Assembly: GCF_000196355.1 (NCBI RefSeq)
Contig: NC_007614.1
Coordinates: forward strand, 1,920,001-1,952,000
From: Nitrosospira multiformis ATCC 25196
Lineage (GTDB): Bacteria > Pseudomonadota > Gammaproteobacteria > Burkholderiales > Nitrosomonadaceae
Direction: 5' to 3'
DNA length: 32,000 bases
Positions 1 to 8,423 of this stretch are shown here, one piece after another. Both the position numbers and the translations under genes were made by a program. Below the pieces are notes generated by a model. The model searched no databases. It worked only from the letters and a program-made list of their open reading frames with translations, and was not told where the DNA came from. Position 1 is the stretch's first letter. The number at the start of each line of letters is the position of its first letter.

Positions 1-118
1 GTATCAAGTCCACAGATTCGCTACCTAATTCATGCGCCAGCAACGCCGCCCGTGCCGCCGCCCAACTCGCAAGCGGGGACATGTCGGTACCGACTACTAT
101 TCGCTTTATAGGCAACAT
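1..118 (-). CDS. Universal stress protein (UspA family), N-terminal part only; the ORF runs off the left edge
   Basis: Hand translation of the minus strand from the ATG at 118 gives MLPIKRIVVGTDMSPLASWAAARAALLAHELGSESVDLI... The K-R-I-V-V-x-T-D-x-S opening is typical of USP domains. AAGGA lies about 10 nt upstream. The ORF is open-ended, so it is not in the ORF track. Confidence 0.45.
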   Translation of the reverse strand, partial: MLPIKRIVVGTDMSPLASWAAARAALLAHELGSESVDLI

Positions 119-151
119 AAAGGGGTTTTCCTTCAAAGGTTTCTAAGCATG

Positions 152-1846
152 TCAGCTTACATAAAAATTCCGCATCATGCCCAGATCTTCATGCTCCAGA
201 TTGTGGCAGTGATAGAGAAACAGGCCGGTGTAATCCTCGAACGGTTTGATCACATCAATTTCCTCGTTCGGCATGACCAACACAGTATCTTTCCAGCCGC
301 TGTTAATGAAACCTTCGCGGACACTGGCATAGCTATCCGTGTCTGCGCCCTTTAATCTACGTGAAATGATCCGGAACTGTTGACCGTGCATATGGATGGG
401 ATGCGGCAACATCATCATGCCCATGCCGCCCATTCCCCCTCTCATTCCACGACCCCCTCCTCCCATGCCGCCCATTCCATCCCGCCCACCCATCATCGAC
501 CCATGCTCGTTGGTTATACGGACCTTTCGGATGGTATTGAGCGGGATGCGTTCGATATCCATTGCTTCATGCATTTCGAAAGACGCGCCGTTTAAGAGGG
601 GCGACATATGCTCCATGGAGGCGGCGATTGGTACAGGCTGATCCGGATTTGCAATATCGCTTTCTGGCAGATTGCGCATCCTGACCAGCCTCTCCGGCAG
701 CCGGGGAGACTCGCTGACTTTTTCAACAACGCTGAATTTCACAATCGGAAAGTCTTCACCTTGGGCCAGTCTTGCTGTTCCCATGCCCATGCCGCCCCTG
801 CCTCCCATTCTCCCGCGGCCCATGCCACCGTGCATTCCCATGCCGCCACCCATCCCCATTCCCATTCCCATCTGGGGAAAGTCGTATTCGAGGCTCTGCA
901 GCGTCAAATCCGTTCCAGGCTTGCGGCCGCTGAAGTCGACCCAAAGCTCGACCCGCTCTGCAGGTGCCAGTATGATATATGGAAAGGTTTCCGGCGCTTC
1001 CAGCAGGCCTCCGTCGGTGCCGATTGCTGTCAGGGGCATGCCGTCTTCCCATCCCAGCTTGTAAATCCTCGAATTCGAGCCGTTGAAAACGCGTATTCGA
1101 TAAGCGCGGCTTTTTACCGGAATAGTAGCGTTTACCTGCCCGTTAACCAGGATGGTATCTCCCAGGAAACCCGTCATCCGCTCATGCATCCCGAAAATGT
1201 ATTGCAACTGATTTCCCGCGGTGAAGCGACGGTCCTGAATGACGAGGGGAAGATCGTACTCGCCATCGGGCAGATTCAATTTTTGCTCCTGCTCATCCGT
1301 AATCGTGATCAATCCGGCCTGGCCGCGATAGACCTGCGGCCCTGTCATTTCATGCGGGTGTGCGTGATACCAGTTTGTGCCGGCCGGGTTCTTTACCTCG
1401 AACTCGTACACGTACCTTTCACCCGGCTCTATCGCATACATGGGATGTCCATCCATCTTCTGCGGCACGTGCATACCATGCCAATGCATGATCGAGGGTT
1501 CAGGCAATTTGTTGTAGTAAAAAATTCGCACTTTTTGCCCATGGGCAAGGTTCATGATTGGCCCCAGATAGCTTGTGCTCTTCAACAAGGCCGTTTCAGG
1601 CCCTCTCAATACCTTCCCATCGTATTTGAAAACGCTCGTACGGGGACCTGGCAGGATTTGAATCTCCGCTATTTGCGCGATGAACTCAATTTCTACATCC
1701 GGCTTGAAGGCAGAGTTGGGTTTCGTATTCAATATACCCGCGCCCGCGCCATGCTGGCTCCATGCCCACCCTGGAAACATAGCCGAGGCTGCACCCGCCA
1801 AGGCATATTGCATGAATTGGCGTCGCTTATAATCTTGATTTTTCAT
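152..1846 (-). CDS. Tat-exported multicopper oxidase, CopA/PcoA/CueO-like copper-resistance type
   Basis: All four MCO copper motifs are readable in the translation: HWHGMH, WYHAHPH, HPIHMHG and HCHNLEHEDLGMM. A twin-arginine signal is present (KRRQFMQYALAGAASAMF). I moved the start from 1882 to the ATG at 1846 (MKNQDYKRRQF), which has GGAGA with a 5-nt spacer. Confidence 0.9.
   Translation of the reverse strand: MKNQDYKRRQFMQYALAGAASAMFPGWAWSQHGAGAGILNTKPNSAFKPDVEIEFIAQIAEIQILPGPRTSVFKYDGKVLRGPETALLKSTSYLGPIMNLAHGQKVRIFYYNKLPEPSIMHWHGMHVPQKMDGHPMYAIEPGERYVYEFEVKNPAGTNWYHAHPHEMTGPQVYRGQAGLITITDEQEQKLNLPDGEYDLPLVIQDRRFTAGNQLQYIFGMHERMTGFLGDTILVNGQVNATIPVKSRAYRIRVFNGSNSRIYKLGWEDGMPLTAIGTDGGLLEAPETFPYIILAPAERVELWVDFSGRKPGTDLTLQSLEYDFPQMGMGMGMGGGMGMHGGMGRGRMGGRGGMGMGTARLAQGEDFPIVKFSVVEKVSESPRLPERLVRMRNLPESDIANPDQPVPIAASMEHMSPLLNGASFEMHEAMDIERIPLNTIRKVRITNEHGSMMGGRDGMGGMGGGGRGMRGGMGGMGMMMLPHPIHMHGQQFRIISRRLKGADTDSYASVREGFINSGWKDTVLVMPNEEIDVIKPFEDYTGLFLYHCHNLEHEDLGMMRNFYVS
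410..502 (-). repeat. Met/Gly-rich low-complexity coding tract 2 of the multicopper oxidase (GSMMGGRDGMGGMGGGGRGMRGGMGGMGMMM)
   Basis: Runs of ATG/GGN codons, seen as cat/gcc/ccc on the plus strand. They create the spurious His/Pro-rich antisense ORFs 380..595 and 396..641. Confidence 0.8.
779..874 (-). repeat. Met/Gly-rich low-complexity coding tract 1 of the multicopper oxidase (MGMGMGMGGGMGMHGGMGRGRMGGRGGMGMG)
   Basis: Same codon-repeat structure as tract 2. Met-rich inserts are a known feature of copper-resistance MCOs. Confidence 0.8.
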
Positions 1847-1970
1847 GATTTTCTCCGTTTTTTTCCATGGGACTGGGGACACAAGATTAGTTCCGAGGTG
1901 ATGGCCCTATTCTTCCCGCAGGCAAAGAATAAAAAGACCTTTTTAAGTCGATATTCTGCGGCCGCCCCTG

Positions 1971-2483
1971 TTATTTTTGGTGCATATGGGAGTGGAAATG
2001 GCCTGGAACAGCATGACGCGCATGATCCCTTAGCTGGGCATCAAACCAGTGGTGAATGGCGTCAACCAATTGGGGCGATTCGGTGGAGTAGGCAATTTGC
2101 GCCCCATCAGGCAGTACGGAATACTCGATTTTGATTCGCCCTGATTTGGCTGATTTCAATTCAGCCAGGCCGGGCATGCCCTTGCCGTGAATGCGCTCGG
2201 GCTTTGAGAAATCGCCCCGTTTAAAATCTTCTGAAATCTCGTACAAATGGGCCCGTATCAGCTTGACTTGCTTCACATCCGATTTGTCCTTAACCACCAC
2301 TTGTTGCAAGCCGCCCTGATTTGTCTTGGAAAAAACATGCGTCGTTTTCTCCAAATCGAATGGCATCACATGAGTGCCGCGCTTTGCGACTTCATCAAGC
2401 CGCTTCTCACCCGCCTTTTCCATTGCCTGAGCAGGGGTTGCCGCCAATAGCGCAATTATCATTCTCATGATGGATAGCTTCAT
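1971..2483 (-). CDS. Secreted protein of unknown function with a His-rich C-terminal tail
   Basis: 170-aa ORF with signal peptide MKLSIMRMIIALLAATPAQA and AGGGGA 4 nt upstream of the ATG. The C-terminus reads DHARHAVPGHFHSHMHQK. It lies directly upstream of, and co-oriented with, the copper oxidase. I recognise no family motif. Confidence 0.6.
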   Translation of the reverse strand: MKLSIMRMIIALLAATPAQAMEKAGEKRLDEVAKRGTHVMPFDLEKTTHVFSKTNQGGLQQVVVKDKSDVKQVKLIRAHLYEISEDFKRGDFSKPERIHGKGMPGLAELKSAKSGRIKIEYSVLPDGAQIAYSTESPQLVDAIHHWFDAQLRDHARHAVPGHFHSHMHQK

Positions 2484-2672
2484 TTCATCCCCTAACCTGA
2501 TTCATGTCCATAAAACTCGGGAACCCTTAGCCTTTGTATAACGAAAACTTCATACTGCAGGGTTGGGTCACATATCCAACACCTTGGGACGACCGGGTTG
2601 GATGAAGGTGAGTGTCCTTAAAGTATAGAAGGCCATGCCTAAATCATCCCGGATTAACCTACTGTTTCATTT

Positions 2673-3503
2673 TCAGCTGCTGATTCCTGTTACAGCCGCT
2701 ATGGCTTTGATCCCCATGCCCGTCGCTACGACCGCGGCAAGAATGGCAAAGCCTTTTTGCAATCCCTGACCTGTGAAGCGGGCCGCGAATGTGCCCGCAG
2801 CCAGCATTGCCACCACCGTGCCTCCTGCAAAGGGCAATGCAATCCGCCAGTTCATACTCCCGGATAATGCCGCTGAAAATGTGCCAGCTGCGGATACCAG
2901 TGCAATGACCGCAAGGGAGGTGGACACGATGCTCCGCATATGAAGACGCGTGGCTTTTTGGAGCGCAGGCACGATGATGAAACCACCCCCGACTCCAAGC
3001 AGACCGGAGAGAAAGCCGGCTGCAACTCCCCATAAGGTCAGTGAGCGGGCGCAACGAGCATCCCATATCAGACGGCCGCTGAAATCGTCGAGCTGGCAAG
3101 GAGTGGCAGGCAAGGAAGCAGTTGCGGCTTTCTCAGAATGATTTCCCAAGCGTCTGAACATGCTGAGGGCGATATAGGCAAGCACCGCGGCAAACAGGAG
3201 GCTCAAGGCTGCGTCAGGTATCTGTCGGGCGATGTATATTCCTCCGGGCGAAGCCAGCGCCCCGGTGAACGCGATGAAACCGGCCGCCCGATACCTTACC
3301 CTTCCCTGTTTCAATGCACGCAGCGCGCCGATGGCGGCCGAGATGCTGATTGCAAACAATGCAATGGGTGCGGCCTCTGCCACTCCCAATTGCAAGCCGA
3401 AAACGAGCAGTGGAACGGCAATGATAGCGCCGCCCGCCCCGGTTAGCCCGAGTATTAGGCCAACCAGGGCGCCAAAAAGGGCGACAACTATTGAGACTGG
3501 CAC
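2673..3503 (-). CDS. TauE/SafE-family (DUF81) anion/sulfite exporter membrane protein
   Basis: 276-aa polytopic Gly/Ala-rich protein. The N-terminus VALFGALVGLILGLTGAGGAIIAVPLLVF and a second GLLGVGGGFIIVP repeat are typical of TauE/SafE. It starts with GTG 3 nt after the sqr stop codon. Confidence 0.8.
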   Translation of the reverse strand: MPVSIVVALFGALVGLILGLTGAGGAIIAVPLLVFGLQLGVAEAAPIALFAISISAAIGALRALKQGRVRYRAAGFIAFTGALASPGGIYIARQIPDAALSLLFAAVLAYIALSMFRRLGNHSEKAATASLPATPCQLDDFSGRLIWDARCARSLTLWGVAAGFLSGLLGVGGGFIIVPALQKATRLHMRSIVSTSLAVIALVSAAGTFSAALSGSMNWRIALPFAGGTVVAMLAAGTFAARFTGQGLQKGFAILAAVVATGMGIKAIAAVTGISS

Positions 3504-3506
3504 GGC

Positions 3507-4793
3507 TCAGATGGTACTGCCCGGACGGGCGAGCCACTCGCGCCCTTTCAGGAAACCATGCCAGTAAAACCACGGCAGGAACTTCGCCTTGAGCAGCCAG
3601 GCCAGGTAGCGCGGAACTGTCGGATCGAGCCGAAAAGTCGGGAGCAGCTTGCCGCCGAACCCGAACTCGGCAAGAATGACCTTCCCCTTTTCCACGGTAA
3701 GCGGACAGGAGCCGTACCCATCGTACAGTGTGGCCAACTCCCTTCCTTCCCTCGCTGCCAGCAGGTTTTCCGCAACTACAACGATCTGCTTTCTGACAGC
3801 AGCAGCGGTCTTCGCGTTAGGGGCGGAGCACACATCCCCAAGAGAGAAGATATTTGCATAGCGAGAGTGCCGCAGCGTCTTGTGATCAACCTCACACCAT
3901 CCCGTGGGATCTGCCAGGGAGCTTTTGCGCACGAAATCAGGGGCCATCTGGGGCGGCGAGATGTGCAGCATCTCGAAGGGCTTTGCCACCCGCTCGATGC
4001 TTCCATCGGGCTGACGGATATCAAACCAGGCAGTCCTGTTTGGCCCATCCACCTTGACGAGGTTGGAGTTGAATACGAGATTTGCGTTATAGCGCTTCAC
4101 GTACTCCATTAGTGGCGGAACGAAAGCCGCCACACCGAACAGCACAGGCGCGGCGCTGTTGAACTCGACGCTGATATTGTCGAGCACTCCTTCCCGCAAC
4201 CAGTGATCGCATGACAGGTACATTGCCTTTTGCGGGGCGCCCGCGCACTTGATCGGCATCGGCGGCTGGGTAAAAATAGCCCTGCCGCCCTTGAATTCCT
4301 TTACCAGAGACCAGGTATACGGCGCCAGACCGAATCTGTAATTGGATGTGACGCCGTTTTTCCCCAGCGTATCCTCCAACCCCTCGATCTGCTCCCACGC
4401 CAGGCGCAGGCCCGGGCACACCACCAGTTGCCTGTAGCCGACAGAACGGCCGCCCACCAGATGAACAAGATTGGAATCCGGATCAAAGCCATTCGCTGTA
4501 GCCTGGATCCAGGTAGCTCCGGGCGGAATGACGCTGTCCATCGGCTGCACCGTTTTTGCGATGTCGTACGCGCCTCCCCCCACGAGCGTCCAGGCTGGCT
4601 GATAGTAGTGCCGGTCACCGGGCTCGATGATTGCGATGCGCAGGGAAGGCTGACGTCGAAGCAGGCTCGCTGTAACCCCTATGCCTGCCGCGCCTCCTCC
4701 AATCACAACGACATCAAAGTCTCCGCTCCAGTTACAAGCGGCATCGATCGGGGGTGTGGATACTGCGTTGTTCCGAATACGCTCGTTCATCAC
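3507..4793 (-). CDS. sqr: Sulfide:quinone oxidoreductase (type II SQR-like FAD-dependent pyridine nucleotide-disulfide oxidoreductase)
   Basis: FAD fold DVVVIGGGAAGIG. Conserved Cys contexts are present: IKCAGAPQK and SLGDVCSAPNAKTAAAV. AGGAGG lies 5 nt before the GTG at 4793 and 8 nt before the ATG at 4790, so either start is possible. The genomic context is sulfide detoxification. Confidence 0.85.
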   Translation of the reverse strand: MMNERIRNNAVSTPPIDAACNWSGDFDVVVIGGGAAGIGVTASLLRRQPSLRIAIIEPGDRHYYQPAWTLVGGGAYDIAKTVQPMDSVIPPGATWIQATANGFDPDSNLVHLVGGRSVGYRQLVVCPGLRLAWEQIEGLEDTLGKNGVTSNYRFGLAPYTWSLVKEFKGGRAIFTQPPMPIKCAGAPQKAMYLSCDHWLREGVLDNISVEFNSAAPVLFGVAAFVPPLMEYVKRYNANLVFNSNLVKVDGPNRTAWFDIRQPDGSIERVAKPFEMLHISPPQMAPDFVRKSSLADPTGWCEVDHKTLRHSRYANIFSLGDVCSAPNAKTAAAVRKQIVVVAENLLAAREGRELATLYDGYGSCPLTVEKGKVILAEFGFGGKLLPTFRLDPTVPRYLAWLLKAKFLPWFYWHGFLKGREWLARPGSTI

Positions 4794-4882
4794 TTAATCC
4801 TCCTTCTTTCAATTGTTCCTGCTCCACCCGCGGCCCAGGGTAGGCCATGCATATTGTTTGCAATCGGGTACAGCGTGAATAA

Positions 4883-5224
4883 TCAGCTCTTGTGGGGGGT
4901 ATTACCCCCGCCTCCGCAATAAATGCTGTACAGGGTTTCCATAATCCTGACCACATCAGGATTCGCAAGGCTGTAAATGATGTACTTGCCCTTACGCTCG
5001 GTCGCGACGAGGCCTTCCTCGCGCAGTACGGTCAGCTGCTGGGAAAGGGTGGGCTGACGGATTCCCAGATCTTTTTCCAGTTCGCCAACGCTGCTGGGAC
5101 CATTGATCAGCTGGCACAGGATGAGAAGCCGGTCTTCATTCGCCAATATCTTGAGCATGGTGCAGGCGGCTAACGCGGCAGCGCGCATGCTGATCATGTC
5201 CGGGAAATCGTGTACTTTATTCAT
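4883..5224 (-). CDS. bigR: ArsR/SmtB-family winged-helix repressor, BigR/SqrR-like persulfide sensor
   Basis: wHTH region LANEDRLLILCQLINGPSSVGELEKDLGIRQPTLSQQLTVLREEGLV. One Cys precedes the HTH (AACTMLKIL) and one lies near the C-terminus (YSIYCGGGG), as in BigR/SqrR. The start is set at the ATG at 5224 (MNKVHD), which has GGAGAAAG upstream. It overlaps the stop of the preceding gene by 8 nt (ATGAATAA). Confidence 0.8.
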   Translation of the reverse strand: MNKVHDFPDMISMRAAALAACTMLKILANEDRLLILCQLINGPSSVGELEKDLGIRQPTLSQQLTVLREEGLVATERKGKYIIYSLANPDVVRIMETLYSIYCGGGGNTPHKS

Positions 5225-5723
5225 TACCGGTCTTTCTCCGGGCCCGCGAATCATCTGGACGGTCTACCGGTTGAGCATCTCCTGTTTGCACAGGCCCGGA
5301 TCGACGCCCCGCTCTGCCTTTCTCCAGCATTGCGAAAACACCCATCCCCAGCAACATGGCGCCTACAAAGACCATACCCTTGGCACTTCCGCTTCCGAGT
5401 AACACCAGGGCAGGACCAGGACAAATGCCAGCCATTCCCCAGCCAATGCCAAATGCAAGGCTGCCCAGGACAAGTCTCTTGTCGATCAACCGCGAAGCGG
5501 GAATTTGCATCTTTGCACCGAGATAGCTGCGATCGCGCCTCCGAGCAGCCGTAAATGCCAGCGAAGCAACTCCTGCCGCTCCTGCCATGACCAGTGCAAG
5601 AGAGGGATCCCATGCGCCGGCAACATCGAGGAACGCCAGAACCTTTGCAGGATTGGCCATCCCGCCAAGAATCAGTCCCAGGCCAAAGATCAGGCCGGAC
5701 AGCAACGCTATCAGATTGGTCAT
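5217..5723 (-). CDS. YeeE/YedE-family sulfur-compound transport protein, half-size (second of a pair)
   Basis: The translation from the ATG at 5723 reads MTNLIALLSGLIFGLGLILGGMANPAKVLAFLD and contains the GWGMAGICPGPALV motif. AAGGAAG lies upstream. Confidence 0.8.
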   Translation of the reverse strand: MTNLIALLSGLIFGLGLILGGMANPAKVLAFLDVAGAWDPSLALVMAGAAGVASLAFTAARRRDRSYLGAKMQIPASRLIDKRLVLGSLAFGIGWGMAGICPGPALVLLGSGSAKGMVFVGAMLLGMGVFAMLEKGRAGRRSGPVQTGDAQPVDRPDDSRARRKTGNE

Positions 5724-5736
5724 CCAGTTTCTTCCT

Positions 5737-6171
5737 TTATGATTGAAATACATGCCGAGTGAGGTAGACCGTGAGCATGCCTATGCTCATGAAAATGAGT
5801 GTTGCTACAACTGAGCGTGGCGATCCCCTCGATATCCCGCAGACTCCGTGACCGCTCGTGCAACCGGAACCATAGCGGGTGCCGATTCCGACAATCAGTC
5901 CCGCCGCTGCCAGCACGGCATAGCTGGCGTCAATCCGGATCAGGGGCAACTCCTGGAAAAACTGCCAGGCCAGGGGTGCGGCAACAAGGCCGGAAACAAA
6001 GGCCACACGCCACCCTAGGTCACCCTTGGCGCGAGTGAACATCCCTCCGACGATGCCGGAAATTCCGGCGATCCTTCCATTGAAAAGAACTAGCAGGGCA
6101 GCAGCGAGGCCGATCATCGCGCCGCCCACGAGTGCAGACCACGGGGTAAACTGATTCCAGTCAATGAACAT
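5737..6171 (-). CDS. YeeE/YedE-family sulfur-compound transport protein, half-size (first of a pair)
   Basis: The translation from the ATG at 6171 reads MFIDWNQFTPWSALVGG and carries the signature RYGSGCTSGHGVCG. GGAGGAAG lies 6 nt upstream. The 27 extra N-terminal codons in the ORF track are unlikely to be real. Confidence 0.8.
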   Translation of the reverse strand: MFIDWNQFTPWSALVGGAMIGLAAALLVLFNGRIAGISGIVGGMFTRAKGDLGWRVAFVSGLVAAPLAWQFFQELPLIRIDASYAVLAAAGLIVGIGTRYGSGCTSGHGVCGISRGSPRSVVATLIFMSIGMLTVYLTRHVFQS

Positions 6172-6240
6172 GGATACTTCCTCCCAGCGAGATTCGATGA
6201 CGTATAAAAGCGCAACATGACTCCATGCCGTTAATAGACT

Positions 6241-6297
6241 ATCTATTTTCAAATAGATTCAAAATATATATTATATTTATATATATAATATAATTAA
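6241..6297. promoter_or_regulatory. Divergent control region: a perfect 8-bp inverted repeat plus a long AT-only imperfect palindrome (candidate BigR-type operator)
   Basis: 6241-6258 reads ATCTATTT-TC-AAATAGAT. 6262-6297 is an uninterrupted A/T stretch in which ATATATTATAT is mirrored by ATATAATAT(AA). It lies between the divergent yeeE-like start (6171) and the dioxygenase start (6344). Confidence 0.5.
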
Positions 6298-6343
6298 GAG
6301 CTTTTTAAACCTGTTTGACTTGACCAACTTTAGGGAAATCGAG

Positions 6344-7204
6344 ATGAAACCGTACATTGAGGCATTCTTTGATCCGGCAACATGGACGATAAGCTATGTC
6401 GTTTATGACGAGCCTGGTGGCAGTTGCGCGATTATCGATCCCGTGCTGGATTACGACCCGAAATCAGGCAGGACACGAACGATATCAGCAGACAGGATAA
6501 TCGCCTTCGTCAACGAAAAGCGATTGAGGACAGAATGGATTCTGGAAACGCACGCACACGCCGACCATCTGACCTCTGCGAACTATCTCAAGAACAAGCT
6601 GGGCGGCAAAACTGCAATCGGGAAGGAAATTCCTGCGGTCCAAGAAACTTTCAAGAAGATTTTCAACTTGGGAACCGATTTCATACCCGACGGACGTCAT
6701 TTCGATCAGTTGCTCGCGGATGGCGAAACGTTCCGTATCGGGAAGGTGACGGCAACTGCAATATCAACGCCCGGTCACACTCCCGCAGACCTCTCCTATC
6801 AGATCGGTGAGGCGATCTTCGTGGGCGATACGCTTTTCATGCCCGATCTCGGGACTGCGCGTGCTGATTTCCCCGGCGGGGATGCCCGACGTCTATTCCG
6901 GTCGATACACAAGCTTCTGGCTTATCCAGCGGAAACACGGCTATTCCTTTGCCATGACTACGCTCCCGCAAGCCGCTCCACCCGGTGGGAGACAACGGTG
7001 GCTGAGCAGCGCGCTCATAACATTCATGTGCATGATGGTATCGATGAACACGAGTACGTAGCCATGCGGCAAGCGCGGGATGCTACGCTCGACATGCCCC
7101 ATCTCCTGCTACCATCGATTCAAGTAAACGTGCGAGCGGGGCAAATGCCGCCTCCCGAAGATAACGGGATCTCGTACCTGAAAATACCGCTGAATGTTAT
7201 CTGA
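6344..7204 (+). CDS. Persulfide dioxygenase (MBL-fold, ETHE1/Blh-like, type II PDO)
   Basis: Metallo-beta-lactamase motif ETHAHADH. The N-terminus MKPYIEAFFDPATWTISYVVYD is typical of GloB-like PDOs. It is divergent from the bigR-sqr operon. The start is set at the ATG at 6344 rather than the TTG at 6320. Confidence 0.85.
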   Translation: MKPYIEAFFDPATWTISYVVYDEPGGSCAIIDPVLDYDPKSGRTRTISADRIIAFVNEKRLRTEWILETHAHADHLTSANYLKNKLGGKTAIGKEIPAVQETFKKIFNLGTDFIPDGRHFDQLLADGETFRIGKVTATAISTPGHTPADLSYQIGEAIFVGDTLFMPDLGTARADFPGGDARRLFRSIHKLLAYPAETRLFLCHDYAPASRSTRWETTVAEQRAHNIHVHDGIDEHEYVAMRQARDATLDMPHLLLPSIQVNVRAGQMPPPEDNGISYLKIPLNVI

Positions 7205-7580
7205 AACGCTGAAAAGCAGTGATCGTTGGATCAGAAAAGCAAGATCCTGGTCCCTGTGATGGAACCCGTGTGTGTCGAGGAACAACACCGCTCCAATAAC
7301 TTCACGGATTGCGGCACACTCGGTGGAGCAAACAGCTGGCCCAACACCATCATCACCGACCGACCGCCGCTCTCCAAACTATATGGATGATTCTGCTCCC
7401 TAAGAAGAACTGGTATGTCGAAATGAGGGACGGGTCTAAGCTTGATCTGGCTGTCAGGCTGAAGTGGTCCAACGCCACTGCAACCGGGATTAATAACATT
7501 GGTCGGGTTATTGCGATCGCCGTGGTCCCGGAATTCACGCGGTGCGGCAGAGTTGATTGCTGCATAGGAGGTCACCATTA

Positions 7581-8423
7581 GGCTCAGGACTCATTAATTG
7601 AGATAGAAGATGACAGTTGCGGCGATACAGATGGCAGAGAAGAAGGTATGGGCACAGCGGTCGTAACGCATGGCGATCCTGCGCCAGTCCTTGAGCCGAG
7701 CGAACATGTTCTCGATCCTGTGCCTTTGCCTGTAGAGGGTCTTGTCGTATTTGATCTGGATTTTGCGATTCCTTTTTGTCGGTATGCAGGGCGTCATGCC
7801 TTTGGCACGCAACGCTGCCCGGAACCAGGCAGCGTCATAGCCGCGGTCTGCAATCAGGGTTTTGGCTTTGGGCAATGACGGCAGCAGCACACGTGCTCCC
7901 TTGTAATCGCTCATCTGCCCTTCGGACAGGAGCATGGCCACAGGCTTGCCCTGACCGTCGCAGACCACATGAAGCTTCGAGTTCAGGCCGCCCTTTGTGC
8001 GACCGATACGGCGGGGAACATCCCCTTTTTTAGCAGGCTGGCTGCCGTGCGGTGGGCCTTCAGATGCGTGGCGTCGATCATCAGCCTCTCGGGCGTTTCC
8101 TCTTTACCGGTCAGTTCCACAAAGATGCGGTTGAACACGCCCAGTCGGCTCCAGCGCACGAAACGGTTATACAGTGTCTTGTGCGGCCCGTATTCCCTGG
8201 GGGCATCCTTCCATTGCAGGCCATTCCGAATGACGTAGATGATCCCGCTGATCACCCGCAGATCATCAACACGGGGAACTCCGTGGGACAAGGGAAAATA
8301 AGGTTTTATACGGTTGAACTGTGTTTCCGACAGGTAAAACAAATCTCTCATGGCAGCACCTCCGCCATAAGTGAATCACATTTGATCCTATTCGTGAATC
8401 ATGAAATTAATAGGTCCTGAACC
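7581..8423 (-). mobile_element. IS5-family insertion sequence (IS427-like group), 843 bp, apparently intact
   Basis: Terminal inverted repeats GGCTCAGGACTCATTAATT (7581-7599) and AATTAATAGGTCCTGAACC (8405-8423). They match at 16 of 19 positions; extending by the flanking A/T makes it 17 of 20. The element is flanked by TA (7579-7580) and TA (8424-8425), a candidate 2-bp target duplication. It carries two overlapping transposase frames. Confidence 0.85.
7594..8351 (-). CDS. IS5-family DDE transposase, orfA/orfB joined by a programmed -1 frameshift
   Basis: orfA is 7983..8351 (MRDLFYLSETQFNRIKPYFPL...) and orfB is 7594..7968. The slippery heptamer A AAA AAG appears on the minus strand at about 8025-8031. 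Shifting -1 there reads KKGDVPRRIGRTKGGLNSKLHVVCDGQGKPV, which continues into the orfB frame. Confidence 0.85.

Noticed and set aside
380-2134. Plus-strand ORFs overlapping the multicopper oxidase: 380..595, 396..641, 608..2134 (508 aa), 672..1064, and minus-strand 756..1052.
   Set aside because: They are antisense or off-frame shadows of a gene carrying four canonical copper motifs. Their His/Pro/Ala-rich, low-complexity products come from the mirrored Met/Gly codon repeats. They have no RBS and no family motif.
3138-4968. Many 60-230-aa ORFs overlapping tauE and sqr on both strands, for example 3214..3573, 3558..4112 and 4230..4922.
   Set aside because: These are Arg/Pro/Gly-rich shadow frames typical of GC-rich third-position bias. 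The SQR and TauE frames carry the recognisable motifs.
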